Positions 1 through 12,200 of a stretch of DNA of 64,000 nt are shown here, piece after piece. The DNA lies in NCBI RefSeq assembly GCF_048593235.1, contig NC_133619.1, forward strand, positions 43,042,454-43,106,453, given 5' to 3'. The DNA comes from Sminthopsis crassicaudata (taxonomy: Eukaryota). The notes below the pieces were generated by a model. That model was not told where the DNA came from and searched no databases. It saw nothing but the letters and a program-made list of their open reading frames with translations. The number at the start of each line of letters is the position of its first letter. Position 1 is the first letter of the stretch. Both the position numbers and the translations under genes were made by a program.

Positions 1-420
1 AGCCACATCCACCAGAGGGAGCCCACCAGACACCGCTTGGAAACCTGATTGCTGCTTTCCCCCATTACGTTAGCAATATTGACCTCTAATCAAGAGGCTG
101 CCCAAGGAGCATCAGGAAATCATTTTAGGATGATGAAAAAGCAGCCCTCTTTTAACTCAAACTGAAACTATAACTAGATTCAGTACAAAACTTTCAGGAG
201 GAAAGAGAGGGATAGTCGTGGAATGGCTCTGAAATCAAGAAACCTGGGTGCCAGCGAATCCTAGCTCTCCCTTGGACAAATCAATCATCCGAACCTCAGT
301 TTCCTCAATATGAAAATGAGAGCGTTGGACCGAATGAACTCATTTCCTTCCAACTCTAAGCTCTGATACCTGTAATATTATGATTGATCAAAATGATCTC
401 TAAGGAGGGCAGTGTATAAT

Positions 421-625
421 TATTTTCAGTCGTGTCTAACTTTTTGTGACTCTATTTAAAGTTTTCTTGGCACAGATACTGGAGGGTTTTCTTATTTTCT
501 TCTCTAGCTTATTTTGTGGATGAGGAAACTGAGTGACTTGTTCAGGGTCACACCCTAGTAAGTATCTGAGGCTAGATTTGAACTCAAGGGTCTGGTACTC
601 TATCCATTGTGCCATTAAGCCACCC
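421..625 (+). mobile_element. Mar1-type CORE-SINE (marsupial); ends approximate
   Basis: ttcagtcgtgtc...ttttcttggcacagatactggag...gaggaaactgag...tcacaccctagtaagtatctgaggctagatttgaactca. Confidence 0.75.
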
Positions 626-717
626 CTCTTCTGAAGAGAATGGTATATTAAATGGGTCCAAGGTCCATGGTTTCAAATCTCACTTATTTCAAGTCTAGAC
701 CTTGGCTCGAAATATAT

Positions 718-869
718 CAGACAGCTAGGTGAATAGAGCCCTGTGAATAGAGCATCAGGCCTTAAGTCAAGAGGATCTGAGTTCAAATGTAATCTCAGAC
801 ACTTAACACTTCCTAGCTGTGTGACCCTGGGCAAGTCACTTTACCCCAATTGCCTCAGGAAAAAAAAAA
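718..869 (+). mobile_element. tRNA-derived marsupial SINE (WSINE1/SINE1-type)
   Basis: cagctagg...gagttcaaat...cagacacttaacacttcctagctgtgtgaccctgggcaagtcact..ccccaattgcctca followed by poly(A). Confidence 0.85.
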
Positions 870-1207
870 GTCATATTTCTTCTAGTTCTAGATCTGTGGT
901 ATTGTGAACCTAAGATAGATTTTTTTTTTTAAACTCACCATTTATATACTTTTTCAATTTATTTTTCTTTGCTTTTTTCTTTTGAAACAGCTAATTTGGA
1001 AATATATTTTGCATGATTTCGCATGTATTCAATTGATATATTGCTTGACTTCTCAAGGGACCTTAATATATTAAGAAAATGATTGTTTAAATAAAGTATA
1101 ATAACTTTTAAAAAATTTTATGCATAATAATTCTTATCTTTGATTTATCAAAGCACATTCTATCTGTAATTTAAGTTTGCCCTCAGAATTGCTTTGGAAA
1201 AAGGAAG

Positions 1208-1208
<1 letters not shown>

Positions 1209-1245
<37 letters not shown>
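1209..1245. repeat. (AAT)n microsatellite
   Basis: Direct reading. Confidence 0.95.
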
Positions 1246-2019
1246 TCACATTTACATACTGGTTATTGTGGGCCAGTACTTTATAATTATTATCTTTCCT
1301 CTGGGAAGGGATGCTATATTAGCCTCATTTTGCAGATTGGAGGCATCTGAGGCAGTCAGAATCACACAACTATTAAGTGTCTGAGGTCACAACGAATTCA
1401 GGTTTTCCTGATTCTAGTCCCAACCCTCTGCTTCCCATACCATGAGCTGGCTACAAGGGTCCATGTGTGTGGAATCATGCATAGGAACAAAGACAAGATA
1501 ATGGACATCATTGGTCCCATCTTCCATTTTACCACTGCAGTACCAGGTGAATCAATCCAGCATGTCTATCTTTATTTTCTTTCATGGATAAATTAGGAAC
1601 TCCTAATAAAAGCATTTCTGGGCCTTCCAGGGATGTGACTCAGTAGAAAGAAGAGGATGGAAAGGTTTAGAGCTAGAACGGACTTTAGAGATCTTCCTCC
1701 CTAGAGAAGCTAAGAGATGCATCACCCTATTAGGGGTAGGGGAAGAGAGAGAAACCTAGAACCCCGACTTCCTGACTCAAGGGTCTTTGTGCTAACTGCT
1801 CAATTACTTAGTAGTCACTGGACAACATTCTAGTATCATTTGTCACTAGTGATCTTGAACAAATCAGTTTTTTCACCTGTAAAATGGGCATAATTACAAC
1901 AGTCATAGTGGGAAGAGCTGGATTAAGAGTTAGAAGGTCTAGGTTCCATTACCTACTCTACCACTTGGCACATCAGGCTTCTGATTTTTAATTTCTTCAC
2001 CTGTAGAGATGAATTAATT

Positions 2020-2920
2020 CATAGAATTGTGGAATTTGAGAGTTGGAAAGGGACTCAGCAGCCACCTGATCCAACCTGTACACAGAAGGCAGTCCTACCA
2101 AAGCATCCCTGAAAAATGGCCATCTGTCATCTGCTTAAAGGCTGCTAAGGAAGGAGAACTGGCCATCTCTCCAACCTGCCCACTCTAACTTGCACAATTC
2201 TAATTGTACAAAGCTTTCCCTAGCATCCAGGCATAATTGATCCATTAGTAAATTCTGTCCTTTGCTCTGAGTTCTTTCTTCTGTGATCATACAGAAGAAG
2301 TCTAGATCCTTCTTTATAAGCCATGTTCCGGAAAACAGCTCTCATCCCTCCCTTTCTCTCACCCTTATTTTCTCTTCCCAGACTAAATATGCCCAGTTCC
2401 ATCATCTGATCCTCATATAATTTAGACTGAAACAAATTGCTCATTCTACTGGCTCTCCCCGGGACATTCTTCAACCTATCAAGGTTTTATTCTAGGGTAC
2501 CCTAGACCTGAATGTACTGTTCCAGATAGAGACAGAGTATACAGACTATAATCTATTCATTCCTGGGGAGCTTTGCCACTCTTAAGGGCAGCCCAAGATG
2601 GTAGCAGCTTTTTTGGCTGCTCCGCCATGCTGCTGACTCATATTGAGCCTGCAGCCTACTAACATCCCCAGATGTTCTTCAGAACAACTGATATCCATCC
2701 ATGGCTCCTCTGGAATTGATGTTTGCATTACATTTATCCCTGTTGAATTTCATCTTATTTGATTCAGTCCAATGCTTGAGCCTATGAAGATCTTTATGGA
2801 ACCTGGGTCTATCATCCACTGTGTCAGCTATCCTTCCCCATTACATCATTTAAAAATGTGATGAGTGCATCATCTATGTCTTAATCCAAGACATTGGCAA
2901 GAATGTTAAACAGCTAAATT
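2020..2920 (-). mobile_element. CR1/L3 LINE 3' fragment; ends approximate
   Basis: catagaat-type terminus at about 2020. ORF 2220..2474 (RASRM...YEDQMMELGIFSL...GGMRAVF) resembles the CR1 ORF2 C-terminus. Confidence 0.65.
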
Positions 2921-4804
2921 GGGTGGCCTCTGATGGCCAACAGCTTATCCATAGTCCTATGACCCAGACACCTATTCTATGTAACTCAAAGTTTTTGGAA
3001 GAGGAGAGTCACCTGGGATAATTAATGTTTGAGACAACACTTCAGAAAGTGAAAATCTGCTACATAGAAGTAAAGCATTTTATTGTGTTTTTTAAACATA
3101 AATAGAGGGGAGTTTTATTTGATCTTAAGATATCCTCGCACTCCCGAGGCTCCTACATCTATATTAAAATGTGCCAAAGACTGTTGTATACATGATAAAC
3201 CTGTGAAAGACTTAGCTACTCTGATCAAGACAATTCCAGACAATTTCAGAGGTCCCATGATGAAACATTTTCTCTACTTCCAAAGAGAACTGATGATTTA
3301 TGAGTGCATAATTTTTAAATTTTTCTTGTTTTATGTGTATGGCTATATGTTTCAGTGAATATGGAAATATGTTTTTCAAGACTTCACGTGTATAATTGAT
3401 ATCCCATTGCTTGGTTTCTCAGGGAATGGGGTTCAGATGAGATGGATTGAAAGAATTTGCAATTCAAAAAAAATTTATTTGTAATTAGAAATATTTAACA
3501 AAATAAATAAAATAATATTTTTCCAAAGGTCTGCAAATATTTTTCTTAGACAATATTCACTCTGCTTTTATGTGAAGAAATGATTTTGATTTTGTCAATA
3601 TATGTTGAAAGAGATTGGGATGGACATCTAATAGTATCCTCAGAGACATAAATGAAGGCCCAGTTATTTACCATTTGATACCCATTTTTCTGGGATCCAA
3701 TTTTGGACACTAAAGCACAGAGTGAAAAAGGAAGAATTTTTCTTGTATTCCCTGGTAGAGAACTCAGAGAAGAGACATAAAGTTTTTCCCTGAGAAATTC
3801 AAAGAGAAAAAGCTAGGGTAGATTTGACTTCTGAGACAAAACAGCAATAAGCTAAAACAGGTCAGGCCTAGCGGTGTTAATGCTTCATAAAAAGCAAAGA
3901 TTAGCTGTTAAAACTCCTTATACCTTTGGAATTTTCTCTTTTAATGTGTTGTTTTTAATCCTTGTTGGTCTCCTTTTATCCTAGCAGTAAACACTCTTGA
4001 GAAAGCCTAAAGAAGGACTGTGGGTTTATTTTAGATCAATAGGGTGAGGAAAAAGTCAGAAGCCCAAGTCTCTTTTTATAGGGGCTCTGCTTTAGAAGTA
4101 CCCACTGAACAGGGTTAAAGAAGAAAGTCCTCTGAAAAAGGGCACAAAGCCCTTCTGGGATGCTTCACCTGCGCTGGGATACTGGAAGGATTCTGTGCAG
4201 GGTTAAACATGATCACACTAGCCTGAGAGTGAAATTAAGGGATCATTGATTTAATGTTGAGGGATTAGCTGAGACTGTTCTGTTCAGCCTTTTTATTTTT
4301 ACAGATTAAGCCCAAGGAAATTCACAGAAGACAAGCCCAGAAGAAGAATCTTGAATCTAGAAACTCTGATTTCTAAAGGCAGCTCTCTCTCTCCATTGTA
4401 CCACAATCTTAGGGGTTTTTGTCCCGTCCTATTCTTATCACAAGATAACCTCCACTAAGTCAGTAGTAGCTAGCATTTAGATGACTCTTGCAAAGTACTT
4501 GCAAATATTATAACACATCAGCCTCACAAGAGCCTTCTAAACTGGGGGCCAATATTGTTATTTCCACTTTGTAATCAAGAAAACTGAGACCAAATCCACA
4601 AGCCTGTAAGTATCTGAGGCAGTATTTGAACTCAAGGTGTCCTAACTCCAAGTCCAGCAAGCTATTCTCTGGACAACCTAACTGCTCCCTTAAGCTATTC
4701 AGTCATTTCATTTCTTCCTGGGTCCACTTCCTGCTAATTAAGATAGTAATTGAATTCCTGGTTATTCTTAATTCATGGAGATAAATGGCAGGTTAAATAT
4801 GTGT

Positions 4805-4943
4805 GTATCTAGGTAGGTAAGTAGATAGATAGACAGATAGATAGAGAGAGAGACAGAGAAACAGAGACAAGAGATATACAAATATAGAGACAGACAAAGA
4901 TAGACAAAGACAGAGACAGAGAAATAGAGACAAAGACGGAGAG
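4805..4943. repeat. GA/GATA/GACA-rich compound repeat running into an assembly gap
   Basis: Direct reading. Confidence 0.9.
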
Positions 4944-5075
4944 NNNNNNNNNNNNNNNNNNNNNNNNNNNNNNNNNNNNNNNNNNNNNNNNNNNNNNNNN
5001 NNNNNNNNNNNNNNNNNNNNNNNNNNNNNNNNNNNNNNNNNNNNNNNNNNNNNNNNNNNNNNNNNNNNNNNNNNN
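4944..5075. other. Assembly gap (N run); others at 5775-5906, 21772-21901, 32450-32594, 43696-43937, 45289-45480, 62398-62525
   Basis: Runs of N; none overlaps an identified coding exon. Confidence 0.99.
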
Positions 5076-5729
5076 AAAGAGAGAGAGGGAAAGGGAAAGG
5101 GAGAGGGAGAAGGCAATGGCCCATGTCTGTTCCTGGAGTACTGAGAAAAACTTGTATCTGCATCTTCCTAATTTTGAAAATTTGAAGCCAGCTCTTCATT
5201 GCTTCTGCTTCTCCCACCCCCCGGTCTCTCTGTCTCTGTTTCTGTCTCTCTCAGATACATATATACATACATACATACATATAGATGTACATAGATGTAT
5301 TTGTACATCTATGTATACATACATAGATCACACACATACATACAAATTCCAGGGAAGGAAGATGGGCACTTGCCCCGGGCACAAAGTGAAGCTGTGAGAA
5401 TTCACCAGCACTCAGAGCTGCTTCTCTGGTCTATCAGATTGTTTTCACTAAACCTCCTGCTTCCAACAGTTGGATGAAGGCTGCCTGGCTTTCCTTTCCT
5501 TTCTACAAACTTCCCTCTTAAAACTCACTCAGGGTTAAGGCAGGAGGTCTTTAATCTAGAGGAAAATGACACATTAAAACCAGAAAGAAAAAAAAAGACA
5601 GCCCACCTCATCACTTCTGGCACAGGATGAAGACAAATTGGGCTCTTCAGCCAGTGATTATTGTCTATTGTTCCCTGAACAGTAAACTACTATTTAACGC
5701 TGATAATGTTTGGCTGGAGTTATAGCTAA

Positions 5730-5735
5730 GTAAGT
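5730..5735 (+). other. Candidate splice donor of a non-coding first exon of TM4SF18
   Basis: Consensus GTAAGT about 310 nt upstream of the ATG. Human TM4SF18 has a short non-coding exon 1 (recalled). The putative intron contains an N gap and there are several possible acceptors (AG ending 6010, 6018, 6037). Confidence 0.3.
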
Positions 5736-6038
5736 AACCAGCTCCTCATGAATATGAAGTGAAAGTCTGACCCANNNNNNNNNNNNNNNNNNNNNNNNNN
5801 NNNNNNNNNNNNNNNNNNNNNNNNNNNNNNNNNNNNNNNNNNNNNNNNNNNNNNNNNNNNNNNNNNNNNNNNNNNNNNNNNNNNNNNNNNNNNNNNNNNN
5901 NNNNNNGACGGAGACATAGAGAAAGAGAAAAAAGAAGAGAAAAAGAAAGAAAAAAGAGAAAAGGGGGAAAGAAGCCTTCAAATCCTTCTTGATACTCTCG
6001 AGTTCTACAGACTACCAGACCATACTACCCACACCAGG

Positions 6039-6215
6039 ATGGGGGCTCGGAGATGCAGTGGCTGCCTCAGTTGTCTGATAATTCCCCTTGCGCTTTGGAG
6101 CATTATTGTTAATATCTTGCTATATTTCCCAAATGGACAGACTTCATATGCATCCAGCCACAAACTCACCAATTATGTGTGGTATTTTGAAGGAATCTGT
6201 TTCTCAGGCATCATG
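6039..6215 (+). CDS. TM4SF18: TM4SF18 coding exon 1 (aa 1-59)
   Basis: ATG at 6039; [12 protein letters not shown]...[10 protein letters not shown]; donor GTAAGT at 6216; 177 nt. Confidence 0.95.
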
Positions 6216-9200
6216 GTAAGTTGTGTTTGGGAGATTTGGACTTGTCAGAAAAATGCCTTATTCTGATAAGAAAAAGTGATAAATGAAGGGCTTTAATAAC
6301 TGAGCACAGGGGGGACATGATTGGTTAACCAACTATTTATCGTGTCACCAAAACAGGGAATCTAAGCATAATGAAGTTGGGAGGAAATTTGGCTTCCAGG
6401 ACTAGAGAGTCCTTGGTTATGTAGATTTTATTTTTTTAAAGTTTATTTTAGGATATTGACCCTCCAGATAAATTGTTCTTCTTAAGGGCAGATTTAATGT
6501 CCTAATCCACCATTTTTATAGTATTGCTGTTAGTAGGAAAGCCCATTGGAGTTATTCTAAGCAGTCTGGCATGATAGGTTATTTGTTTTTTGTTTTTAAA
6601 ACAAAGAATTAGTTGATGATTAGTGTGTGATCATTTGATATCTGTTCTAAAGTTCAGACAGGGGAGATGTATAACATCACATGTTCATAGTCCAGGAAGC
6701 GATCTCAGTAACCATTAAGATTTGAGAAAGCAGAACCTCAGAGTGGTCATTCCACTGGACAGCTGAGATTTGAACTCAAGTTCTCTGACTCCAAATCTAT
6801 TACATTCTTTCTACTGTCATCTCTAACTAAAAGAACATTTCTCAGATCATGTAACATTTCTACAAGACATCCTGCCTTCAAACCTTCCAATAATACATCC
6901 TCTAGGAGAGAACTTAATATAAATATGCCTTCAGGGTTGTTTTATTTTTAAAATTTTGCTTTTTTTCACTTATGAGGGACAGGAGACCTAGTGTTAGGAT
7001 AATCAAATTTTAAAAAGAAAGAGGGTTATTGAATCATTTTTTTTAAAAAATGCATCAATGAGAGCAGAAGCCCAGAAAGTAGCACAGATAAGCTGCACAG
7101 CTTTAAACATTCTATGATGAACTTTCATTTGATTACTTAAAGAAAAAAGCAAATTATACATAATAGAGACTCAAATTTTCACATTCAACTCATTGTCTAT
7201 TCTACTGTGTATATGAAAGTGCTCATGTTAGCTGATATTTCTTAAGGCCAGAATTTTTTAAAAAAAATTAAATACTGTTGTCAGAAGGTAGAATAGAGAA
7301 ACAACTTAATTAATTTGCCGAGAAAATGAGGAATTTTCTAATAAAAATGAACGAATTACAGAAGAAACATCTGGTTATCTCATCAAATGTGTAGACTGTA
7401 CTATATAGTAAGATAGAACTGAGCTTACATAGCAGAAAAGCAACAGACAAAGCTGGTAACTGGGATCCCAGTTATGAGAAAGGGACAAAATGAATTTTGC
7501 CTTTTTTTAAGTTTTAGGTCCTAAAATTGGAAGTATTTGAAACCCTAACGAGAATTAAAATGCAATGTAATTAACTTCCTTTTTAAAAAAAATGGTTCTG
7601 CGGAAAGGAATGGGAATCAATTGTTATCTAAGCTGGGACAGTTATGTCAGAGGCAGGATGAGGTAGTAGATAAGAATACTGAGCTTAGAGTCAATAAGAT
7701 CTGATTTCAAATCCCACCTCAGAAATTAGTTCTGTGCCACAGAGCAAATGTGACTTCAACTGTGTGCTCTTTAGGGACCTGTCTCTTCAGTCAGAGATGG
7801 TTTATGATCTGTGCTGATAAAGGCTGTCCTCATGGCCAGCTCACAAACCATTACTTCTTATTTGTCAAAAGATCTGGGAGACTGAAAATATTTAAAAATC
7901 CCCTTAGTAGAAAATTATTTCATTTGGAGTTTAGATAGCTGATATGATAGCTATGATTCCAATAGTTTAGAGAAATCTCAGATGAGGAAGTTTGTTCTAC
8001 AAATTCAGACTAGTAATTGCAATTTTGTCATCTCGGAGCTATCTTGGACACTGAGACAGCAAGGGATTTTTATGTGTCTGAGACAGAATTTGAACTCAGC
8101 TCTCTATACCATACTGCCTCTTTAGATAGTCAAACTCTAGAAATTCTGGCTACAAACCTAGAAAAGTGGAAGTAAACTTGCCTAAAGTTAATATTTGAAT
8201 GGTGAGTTCTCTTAGAGCTATAAACCTCACAATACTTTGGGATGCAAGTCAGAAATGTGGAATAATAAACAAATCAAAGCTCTTTTTTGGAGATTAAACC
8301 CTGTGTCTACAGACCAAGAACATTGCATGAAGTAAAGTGAATTCATGGGTTTATTTGATTTATATATATAAGCAATCTGGGTAATTCAGAGAATACATTT
8401 CACATTATTTCTTGAATTTTAAATACATCCTGAATCTCAGATGTTAATATATTAAAGAAGAAAGTCTGGTAAACAAAAGCAAAACTTCAGATGAATCATC
8501 TTCCCCCATCTACAGAGTCAGTGAGAAAATGGGAAAAGCTAGCCAGGCTGGGAAATCCCCACTTTCTCATTAGTCAGAGACTATTAGTCAGTGGTCATTA
8601 GTTAATGGATATCTCCTCCTCCTCCTTTGTGGCTTTTCTTGGCAAAGATACTGGAGTATTCCATCATTTCCTTCTCTAGCTCATTTGTCAGATGGGGAAA
8701 CTGAGGCTAACAGGATTAAGTGACTTGCCCAAGGAGATGGTAAGTGTCTGAAGCTGAATTTGAACTCAGGAAGATGAGTCTTCTGGATTCCAGACCCACC
8801 GCTCTATCCACTGCCCTTTATCATTAATAGTCATTAAATGAATAAAAAGTTGGTTTTGAGGATAAGCAATGTGATAAATACGGGGCTAAAGCGTCATCCT
8901 TAAACCTTTTATCTTTTCTCTCCTCCAGATGCTAATAGTAGCTGCAGCTCTCCTAATACTGGAGAGGAACACACCATATAAATGCTGTCAGAGTGAGAAC
9001 TGCAGCAAAAAATATATGGTAAGGGCAGAATCTGCTGTTGTTGCTTTCTAAGTAAGTTTGTTGTTCTTCAGTTTGACTCTTCATGATCCCATTTGGATTT
9101 TTCTTGAAAAAGATACTGGAATGGTTTGTTATTTCCTTCTTCAGTCCATGTTACAGATGAGGAAACTGAGGCAAAAATGACTTCCTTAGGGTCATACAGC

Positions 9201-12200
9201 TCAGAATTATCTGAGGCTGGATTTGCGCTCAAGCCCAGCACTCTCTATACACTGTGCCGCTTAGTTGTCCTTTTTCTTCTCAGTAAATCTACTTTCTTCT
9301 CTCAGTCTGTCTGCAGAAAACACCAATACAGTGACAATAATAATGCTTTAATATATTTCAGTTCAAAATTGAACAACTAAAGTCTGGTTTCAAGATTTGT
9401 TATTCATTTCAAATAGCCTAAAACTAAGTATTTTGAAAGAATTTAAATGTCATTTATGCAATTTGCAGTAATCCCATTTAAGAGTGTAAATGGAGAGGGA
9501 TTGATCTTCCCTAGACAATTTTGTGAGCATACTTCTCTCCTGTAAGCCTTGGGCATGGCCATTGGCAAACCAATCTGGCTTATGAGGAAAGTGCCAATGA
9601 GCTCCTACTCTCTAGGAGGGAAAATATGCTCATCAAATTGAAATGGAAGATGGGGAGAGAATTTAGGGAGTAAATGGAAGCATAAATTTGGGCCTGAAGG
9701 AAACTTGAAAGTCCAGCTTTCCTGATTGTCCAGATGAGGAAACTGAGACCCAGTTACTTAACTTGCTCAAATTCACACAGATAGTAAGTAGGAAAGTTCT
9801 GGGACTTCTAATGGACTACAAGCTCACTATAGGGCTACGCTGTGATACAATAGCCAGAAGTACTATTGCAAATGGATAGACCATGAGTGAATGGTAGAAA
9901 CAGGTCTAGAATTTCAGCTTCCCACTCTCTGTTCAGGTGTGTAGAATAAGCCCAAGCCCATTTTCTTCCAGACAGAAGGTGTCAAGCTTATAATCATATG
10001 CTCCCTGTGAAGTAAATTATTGTTATTGACATTAATGAAAGTTGATGGCAGAAAGATTTGGAAGCCCAAGGATAGAGTACTACTCAATTTAATAAGCATT
10101 TATTAATCTATGTTATAATATAACATGTATATTACATTATATTATATGCACTGAGCTGAACATTTAAGATATAAAAAGAGGCAAAAGACAGTGCTCACCT
10201 TGAGGAGCTTACAATCTAATTGAGACAAAGCAAAAACAAATGCATATGAACATTGCAGGATATGCAGGCTAAATGACTTTAAAAGATTCATATCCTTCAG
10301 TATCCTCAATAGCAAAAATTACAGTTGTGAAAATTCAAAAGTGAACTGCTGAGATAAGCAGGAGCTTTCTGCTGTGAGCAATAAACATGCAGTCTCCACA
10401 GGGAAGTGAGCTGACCAGTGGATATCCAGTTTAAACAGGATATTGGCCTGAAAACTACAGAAGGGACTTTCCCTGAAATGACATTTTTGCATAGCCAGCC
10501 CTCACCTTTTAGTGAGCCTAGATTCATTAATATATAATTAACATTGCAATTCTCCCTCCCCCCCAACGTAATAGTCCCTGCATAATTACATACACCCTTG
10601 GACCTTCTTTGTCTCCTCTCCCATTATGGCTTGCTGCCTTTTTTTCCATCAGCCATTCTTGCTCTATGAAGTAACCACTTTTGTCCCAACAAGGCTGCCT
10701 CCTCTGAGGAGAGATGCCCACTGGCATTTCACCACTGGGTGCTGTTATTCTTAATAAATGTCTTAGCTTAGGTGGGAGATAGTCTGAGTTTGAATTCTTT
10801 TGAGAAGATGCCATGACATATGCAATATTAATTATTTGTGATTTTTCCAGTAAACTTCTTATTATGATACCATATGATCTATTGAAAGCTCTGTTGAAAG
10901 CTATCTATCACCCAAGAATGAGAAGATGGCCCCAGTCAGCCCACAAATTGGTAGTTCACTTCTGGCTATCACATTTTAGAAAGGATGCTGATAAGATCCA
11001 GAGAGCATTCACAGGAGGGGAAAGGATGGGGAAGAGCCTCAAGTCCATGCTGTAGGAAGATTAGTGGAAGAAGCTAGGAATATTAGCCTGAAGAGGAAAT
11101 GATTTCTGGGTATATGATAGTTTTCTTCAAATACCCCAAGGTTTAAATTAAAAAATTATCAGAAGAATAATTTAAAAACTGGTTCTGTTTGACAGAACCA
11201 GGGAAAAATAGGAGGAATGAGAGGAAAATTAAAAAAAAGGAGAAATGGTATTCTGGGTTTCGGGAGAATCCAGTCTTCCTAACTCTGTCCTGCCGCTGGA
11301 CTTGGATGATCAGGAAGAGAATGTGGGGCCAACAATTTTGTACAATTCTGCCTCACTTAAATCCAATTCATGGGCAAGCCAACCCATCATTTATGATGTC
11401 ATTAGCCTTCTTCAAAGACAAAAAACAAACACCACGACTTAAGGAAAAACTCCCCAGCCATCCCAGCCATGCCAGCCATCCCAAAGTGAGCTGAGCCGTG
11501 TCCAGAGGGAGCAGCTGCAGTCTCTTTCCCATCTTCAAGCACAGGCTCTGTCATCAAAGCCAAACAAAAAACACATGCTACAAAGAGAATTTGTTGTTTC
11601 CTAGGTAGGTTGGGTTTCTTCTTGTTTTTCTTTCTTAGACTGAGGTCTCTTCTGATGCTGAATTTCTGTGTTGTTTTTTAAATTTTTAATGTAGTCCCAA
11701 AGCTTTGTCTTCCATCTTGTCTTTAAGTTCTGTCTCTGTAATTAGATCTTCCAATGCCTTGGATCAATGAAAAAAAGTGATGTAATATAAGGGGAAAGTA
11801 CTGGATTTGTCTTCACAAGTCTGAGCCTCTGGTTGCTACTTATAGGACTTTTGGCAAGTCACCTTTTTCTGAGGCCATTTTTTCACCTACAAAATTGTAT
11901 GAATGATCTCCCTTCCAATTCAAATATTCTATGTTAAGCTCTTGTAGTAATGACAGTCGAATAGTTCATCTAGGCTTCCAAGAGTTATGGGGAAAAAAAG
12001 GCAAAGAGGGAAGACAGGAAGTGAGACCTTTGATGTTTGAGTTGTGGGTTACACAAGAATCTCGCTTTTTTTTTAATCTCATGAGTTTGATTTGTTCTAA
12101 TAGATATGTCAGCAGGCAGTCAACTGGGGAACAATGAACGCCTTAGCCAAGATATCAAGCTTTAAGATAATGGAGATTACTTGAAAGGGAAATGGGAAAT

